DNA of 30,482 nucleotides from Abditibacteriaceae bacterium (GTDB lineage Bacteria; Armatimonadota; Abditibacteriia; Abditibacteriales; Abditibacteriaceae): positions 1 through 30,482 of the forward strand of contig JANMKN010000375.1 in assembly GCA_031372065.1 (NCBI GenBank), written 5' to 3'. The notes below the pieces were generated by a model. That model was not told the origin of the DNA. It did not search any database and saw only the letters and a program-made list of their open reading frames with translations. Below are positions 26,461-30,482 of the stretch, in pieces; within the stretch, counting starts at the first letter, position 1, and each line of letters starts with the position of its first letter. Position numbers and translations under genes: made by a program.

Positions 26461-26536
26461 ACACAAAATCCACAAAAGGCGCACAGAGAAACACTAAGAA
26501 TATAGAAAATTCGTGTTCCTTTGTGAATTTTGTGTT
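26460..26536. repeat. Inverted nonamer-unit element, same family as 22-80
   Basis: AACACAAAA TCCACAAAA GGCGCACAG ... TTCGTGTTC CTTTGTGAA TTTTGTGTT. Confidence 0.7.
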
Positions 26537-26548
26537 GAGAATAGAATC

Positions 26549-27283
26549 ATGCAACTCGAAAATAAAGTCGCATTTATCACGGGCGCGCGGCGCGGCATTG
26601 GGCGCGCGATTGCGCTGAAAATGGCGCAAAATGGCGCGGATTGCGTGCTTTTGGCGCGCAGTGCGCCTGAAGAACTCGCAGAAGAAATTCGCGGCATTGG
26701 ACGGCGTGCCTTGGCTATCGCTTGCGATGTCAGCGATAACGAGCAAGTCGAAGCGGCGGTCAAGCAAAGCATCGCAGAATTTGGCAAAATTGACGTGCTG
26801 GTCAACAACGCAGGCATCGCGCAGGATGGACTTCTCATCCGTATGAAACTCGAACAATGGCAAAACGTGATTGATGTGAATTTATCCGGCGCGTTTTATT
26901 GCACCAAGGCAGTGGCGCGATATATGCTCAAAGCCAACGCCGGACGGATTATCAATATCACCTCGGTTATTGGACAAATGGGCAACGCAGGGCAAGCCAA
27001 TTATGCCGCGTCCAAGGCCGGTCTGATAGGATTTACCAAGTCCGTTGCCAAAGAGTTGGGCAGTCGAAGCATTACTTGCAATGCCATCGCGCCCGGATTC
27101 ATTACAACGGACATGACAAGCGACTTAACAGACGAGGCAAAAGAGCAACTTTTGCAAAACGTGCCGCTGGGAACATTGGGGCAACCGGACGATGTAGCCG
27201 AACTGGCGCTGTTTTTGGCGGGGCCGGGCGCACGCTATATTACGGGGCAGGTCTTGAATGTTGACGGCGGTTTAGTTATGTAA
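26549..27283 (+). CDS. fabG: 3-oxoacyl-ACP reductase
   Basis: [18 protein letters not shown] and GQ.L.VDGG; start set at ATG 26549. Confidence 0.98.
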   Translation: MQLENKVAFITGARRGIGRAIALKMAQNGADCVLLARSAPEELAEEIRGIGRRALAIACDVSDNEQVEAAVKQSIAEFGKIDVLVNNAGIAQDGLLIRMKLEQWQNVIDVNLSGAFYCTKAVARYMLKANAGRIINITSVIGQMGNAGQANYAASKAGLIGFTKSVAKELGSRSITCNAIAPGFITTDMTSDLTDEAKEQLLQNVPLGTLGQPDDVAELALFLAGPGARYITGQVLNVDGGLVM

Positions 27284-27329
27284 GATAGGGAAACTGTCGT
27301 TCCCATTTTTTCACACGGAGAACAGAAAC

Positions 27330-27569
27330 ATGGCAACAATTGATAAAGTCCGCGAAATCGTGGCCGACCAACTGAGCGTCGAAGCCAACATTGTGACGCC
27401 GCAGGCGCGTTTCGTCGAAGACCTCGGCGCTGACTCATTGGACGTGGTCGAACTGGTTATGCGTTTTGAAGAGGAATTTGACGTTGAAATTCCCGACGAA
27501 GACGCCGAAAAACTCACCACCGTCGGTGCTGCCGTCAAATACATTGACGACAAGTCCGAAGGAGCGTAA
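27330..27569 (+). CDS. acpP: Acyl carrier protein
   Basis: [17 protein letters not shown]. Confidence 0.98.
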   Translation: MATIDKVREIVADQLSVEANIVTPQARFVEDLGADSLDVVELVMRFEEEFDVEIPDEDAEKLTTVGAAVKYIDDKSEGA

Positions 27570-27572
27570 ACG

Positions 27573-27650
27573 AGTGCGGAATGTGAAATGCGGAATGTGG
27601 AATTAGAAATTTTTCTTCATTCCGCACTTCGCACTCCCCATTCCGCAATT
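27573..27650. repeat. Inverted heptamer-unit element (AATGCGG/ATTCCGC type)
   Basis: AGTGCGG AATGTGA AATGCGG AATGTGG AATT ... ATTCCGC ACTTCGC ACTCCCC ATTCCGC AATT. Confidence 0.8.
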
Positions 27651-27655
27651 TTCTG

Positions 27656-28909
27656 ATGGCAGAAGCAAAAGAACGAGTCGTTATAACCGGTTTGGGCGCC
27701 ATTACGCCCCTTGGCATTGGCGTGTCTGCGTTTTGGGAAGGCGTCAAATCCTCGGCCAACGGCATCGCGCCGCTGACTTTGGTGGACACCACACGGCACA
27801 GCACCCGGTTTGGCGGCGAAGTGAAAAACTTTAACCCCGAAGATTTCATCGAGCGCAAAGATACGCGCAAGATGGATCGTTTTGTGCAATTGTCAGTCGT
27901 CGCGTCCGACGAGGCGATCAAGCATTCGGAACTGAAAATCGATAAATGCAACGCCGAACGTGTTGGCGTAGTCATCGGCTGTGGCGTGGGTGGCCTCACG
28001 ACATGGGAGCGCGAATTTCGCAAACTCATCGAAAAAGGCCCAGATCGCGTCAGCCCTTTTCTGATTCCGATGATGATTTCCAACATGGCGAGCGGCCATG
28101 TTTCGATTCGCACCGGTGCGCAAGGTCCAAATACTTCCACTGTTTCGGCTTGTTCCTCGTCGGCGCACGCGATTGGCCTCGCCTTCGATTTGCTGCAACA
28201 CGGCGAAGCGGATGCGATGATCGCGGGCGGCACCGAAGCGCCGATTTGCGACAGCGCTTTGGCAGGTTTCGGCAATATGCGCGCTTTGTCGCGGCGCAAC
28301 GACGACCCGTTTCACGCATCGCGGCCTTTTGATAAAGAACGCGATGGTTTCGTGATGGGCGAGGGCGCCGGCACGATTATCGTCGAAACGTTGTCCAACG
28401 CAAGGCGGCGCGGGGCAAAAATTTATGCCGAAATGTTGGGCTATGGCATGAGTGGCGACGCCTATCACATGACCGATATGCCCGATGACGCTGCTGGCAT
28501 GACCAATGCGCTGCGCCAAACGCTGCGCCGCGCCAATTTGCAACCCGAAGATGTGCGCTACATCAACGCGCACGGCACTTCGACAGTGACCAACGATAAA
28601 ACCGAAACGTTAGCTGTCAAAACCGTTTTCGGCGACCACGCGCGCAAATTGGCGATGTCTTCGACTAAATCGCAAATCGGTCACTTACTGGGCGCGGGTT
28701 CGGCTGTTGAATTAATCGCCACCACACTGGGCTTGAAATACGGCATTATGCCGCCGACGATAAACTATCAGGTGCCCGACCCGCTTTGCGACTTGGATTA
28801 CATCACCGAAGGCGCGCGCCACGCTTCGTTTGATGTGGCACTGAGCAATTCGTCCGGATTTGGCGGTCATAACGTTGTGCTGGCGCTGCGTCGTTGGGAC
28901 GAAGCCTAA
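27656..28909 (+). CDS. fabF: Beta-ketoacyl-ACP synthase II, copy 1
   Basis: Catalytic SACSS, YINAHGTST and GHLLGA; SRPFD..RDGFV.GEG. Confidence 0.96.
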   Translation: MAEAKERVVITGLGAITPLGIGVSAFWEGVKSSANGIAPLTLVDTTRHSTRFGGEVKNFNPEDFIERKDTRKMDRFVQLSVVASDEAIKHSELKIDKCNAERVGVVIGCGVGGLTTWEREFRKLIEKGPDRVSPFLIPMMISNMASGHVSIRTGAQGPNTSTVSACSSSAHAIGLAFDLLQHGEADAMIAGGTEAPICDSALAGFGNMRALSRRNDDPFHASRPFDKERDGFVMGEGAGTIIVETLSNARRRGAKIYAEMLGYGMSGDAYHMTDMPDDAAGMTNALRQTLRRANLQPEDVRYINAHGTSTVTNDKTETLAVKTVFGDHARKLAMSSTKSQIGHLLGAGSAVELIATTLGLKYGIMPPTINYQVPDPLCDLDYITEGARHASFDVALSNSSGFGGHNVVLALRRWDEA

Positions 28910-28980
28910 ATCAGCGCATGAATTCGCAGGCTGGTCGAAGATTGAATAATTTATCCGCAAAGTGGTCAAAGGTAAACTGC

Positions 28981-29017
28981 AAAGGGCCAACGGCATTTGA
29001 GCGCGTTGGCCCTTTTT
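28981..29017 (+). terminator. Terminator-like hairpin between the two fabF genes
   Basis: AAAGGGCCAACG / CGTTGGCCCTTT followed by a T-run. Confidence 0.55.
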
Positions 29018-29029
29018 GTAAATTTTCTT

Positions 29030-30301
29030 GTGTCTGATTTCAACGCTGCCAATAAAGCTGCTTTTCCCCGCCGTGTGGTTGTCACTGGCATGGGCGCTAT
29101 CACGCCGGTTGGTCACGATGTCGAAACTTCGTGGCGCGCTGTCGTGGCAGGTTGCTCTGGCATCGGCCCCATCACGATTGTCGAATCGGCTCATCTCGAT
29201 GTAAAAATTGCCGGCGAGGTCAAAAACTTCGACCCGAAAAATTATATGCCGGTCAAAGATTCGCGCCGCGCGGATCGTTTTGCGCAGTTTGCCGTGGCTG
29301 CCGCGCGCGAAGCCGTCGCGCACGCCAATTTGCCGATAAACGAAGAAACCGCCGACGATATTGGCGTAATTATCGGGTCAGGCGCGGGTGGAATTCAAAC
29401 TTACACCGACAATCAGCACGTCATGGATGATCGTGGGCCGGGCCGTTTGAATCCGCTGATGATTCCCATGATTACAACCGATTCGGCCTCGGTTCAAGTC
29501 GCCATTCAAACCGGCGCGCATGGCGTCACTTTTGGCGTCGCAGCGGCCTGTTCCACGGGAAATGATGCCATTTCGCAAGCGTTTTATGCTATTCAGCGCG
29601 GCGATTCCAAAGCGATGCTCACGGGCGGCGCCGAAGCCGCAATTACACATTTGGGATTGGTTGGTTTTAGCCAACTGCGCGCTTTGTCCAAGCGCAACGA
29701 CGACCCGACACACGCCTCGCGCCCGTTCGATAAAGATCGCGATGGTTTTGTTCTCAGCGAAGGCGCGGGCGTTTTAGTTCTCGAAGATTTGGAATATGCA
29801 CAGGCGCGCGGCGCGACAATTTACGCCGAAATTCTTGGCTGCGCGGCCACTTCCGATTCCGTGCATCTCACCGACCCTGACCGCAATGCCATTCAAGCCT
29901 CGCGCGCCATTTCTTTGGTGCTGAAAAAATCCAACATCACGCCGGACGACATTGATTACATCAACGCACACGCCACCGCGACTTCGATAGGCGATCTTTG
30001 CGAAGTGCGGGCCGTTAAGCGCGCTTTGGGCGACGCGGCGTATAAAGTGCCGATTTCGTCTACCAAGTCCACTACAGGCCATTTATTGGGCGCGGCAGGC
30101 GCCGTCGAAGCCATCTGGTGCATCCGCGCCATGCACGACAGCATTCTGCCGCCCACGATCAACCTCGACAATCCCGACGAAGAATTCGATCTCGATTTTG
30201 TGCCGAATATAGCGCGGCCCGGCAAAATAGATATTGCCCTTTCCGCCGCTTTTGCCTTCGGTGGGCACAATTCGATGTTGGTTTTACGGCGCTGGGAATA
30301 A
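29030..30301 (+). CDS. fabF: Beta-ketoacyl-ACP synthase II, copy 2
   Basis: Catalytic AACSTG, YINAHAT and GHLLGAAG; start uncertain (GTG 29030 chosen). Confidence 0.93.
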   Translation: MSDFNAANKAAFPRRVVVTGMGAITPVGHDVETSWRAVVAGCSGIGPITIVESAHLDVKIAGEVKNFDPKNYMPVKDSRRADRFAQFAVAAAREAVAHANLPINEETADDIGVIIGSGAGGIQTYTDNQHVMDDRGPGRLNPLMIPMITTDSASVQVAIQTGAHGVTFGVAAACSTGNDAISQAFYAIQRGDSKAMLTGGAEAAITHLGLVGFSQLRALSKRNDDPTHASRPFDKDRDGFVLSEGAGVLVLEDLEYAQARGATIYAEILGCAATSDSVHLTDPDRNAIQASRAISLVLKKSNITPDDIDYINAHATATSIGDLCEVRAVKRALGDAAYKVPISSTKSTTGHLLGAAGAVEAIWCIRAMHDSILPPTINLDNPDEEFDLDFVPNIARPGKIDIALSAAFAFGGHNSMLVLRRWE

Positions 30302-30363
30302 AAATTTAGGCCCAAGCGGACCGAAAACAAGCGAAAAACGCGAAAAACGACCAAATTTTGTCC

Positions 30364-30482
30364 GGTGGGGTGCCACCAAGCACCAAGTTTGGGCGCTCGG
30401 AGCACCGTGGGGTCCCCAGGGGTATCGAGCGCCGAAACTTGATACCCCTGGGGATCCCCAGGGGTATTGAGCGCCGAAACTT
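30364..30482. repeat. 42-bp-period palindromic repeat array, cut by the window end
   Basis: CCCCAGGGGTAT(C/T)GAGCGCCGAAACTT at 30414 and 30456; perfect 26-bp palindrome ATACCCCTGGGGATCCCCAGGGGTAT (30442-30467). Confidence 0.85.

Overview
Bacterial chromosomal window, GC-rich overall. The gene content and style suggest Abditibacteriota/Armatimonadota, which is an inference only. Core genes include bioU, mqnA, a TerC-family gene, topA-dprA and a fatty-acid operon (yceD-rpmF-plsX-fabH-methyltransferase-fabD-fabG-acpP-fabF-fabF). An accessory patch at about 7.8-10.9 kb holds a DUF104/MazF toxin-antitoxin pair bracketed by two copies of a structured ~90-100 bp direct repeat, an AT-rich secreted-protein gene, and a 150-aa gene with its own strong promoter that runs straight into a degenerate ~21-bp array. 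A 389-bp internally deleted ISAs1 element with perfect 17-bp terminal inverted repeats lies at 2382-2770. The most unusual signal is non-coding. Many gene junctions carry periodic elements whose architecture is conserved while their sequence is not: inverted heptamer-unit hairpins (a different 7-mer at most sites), nonamer-unit hairpins, 21-bp constant+variable arrays (16304-16534, 24712-24921, ~10178-10420), and a 42-bp palindromic array at the window end whose spacer occurs in both orientations. No rRNA, tRNA or CRISPR array was recognised.
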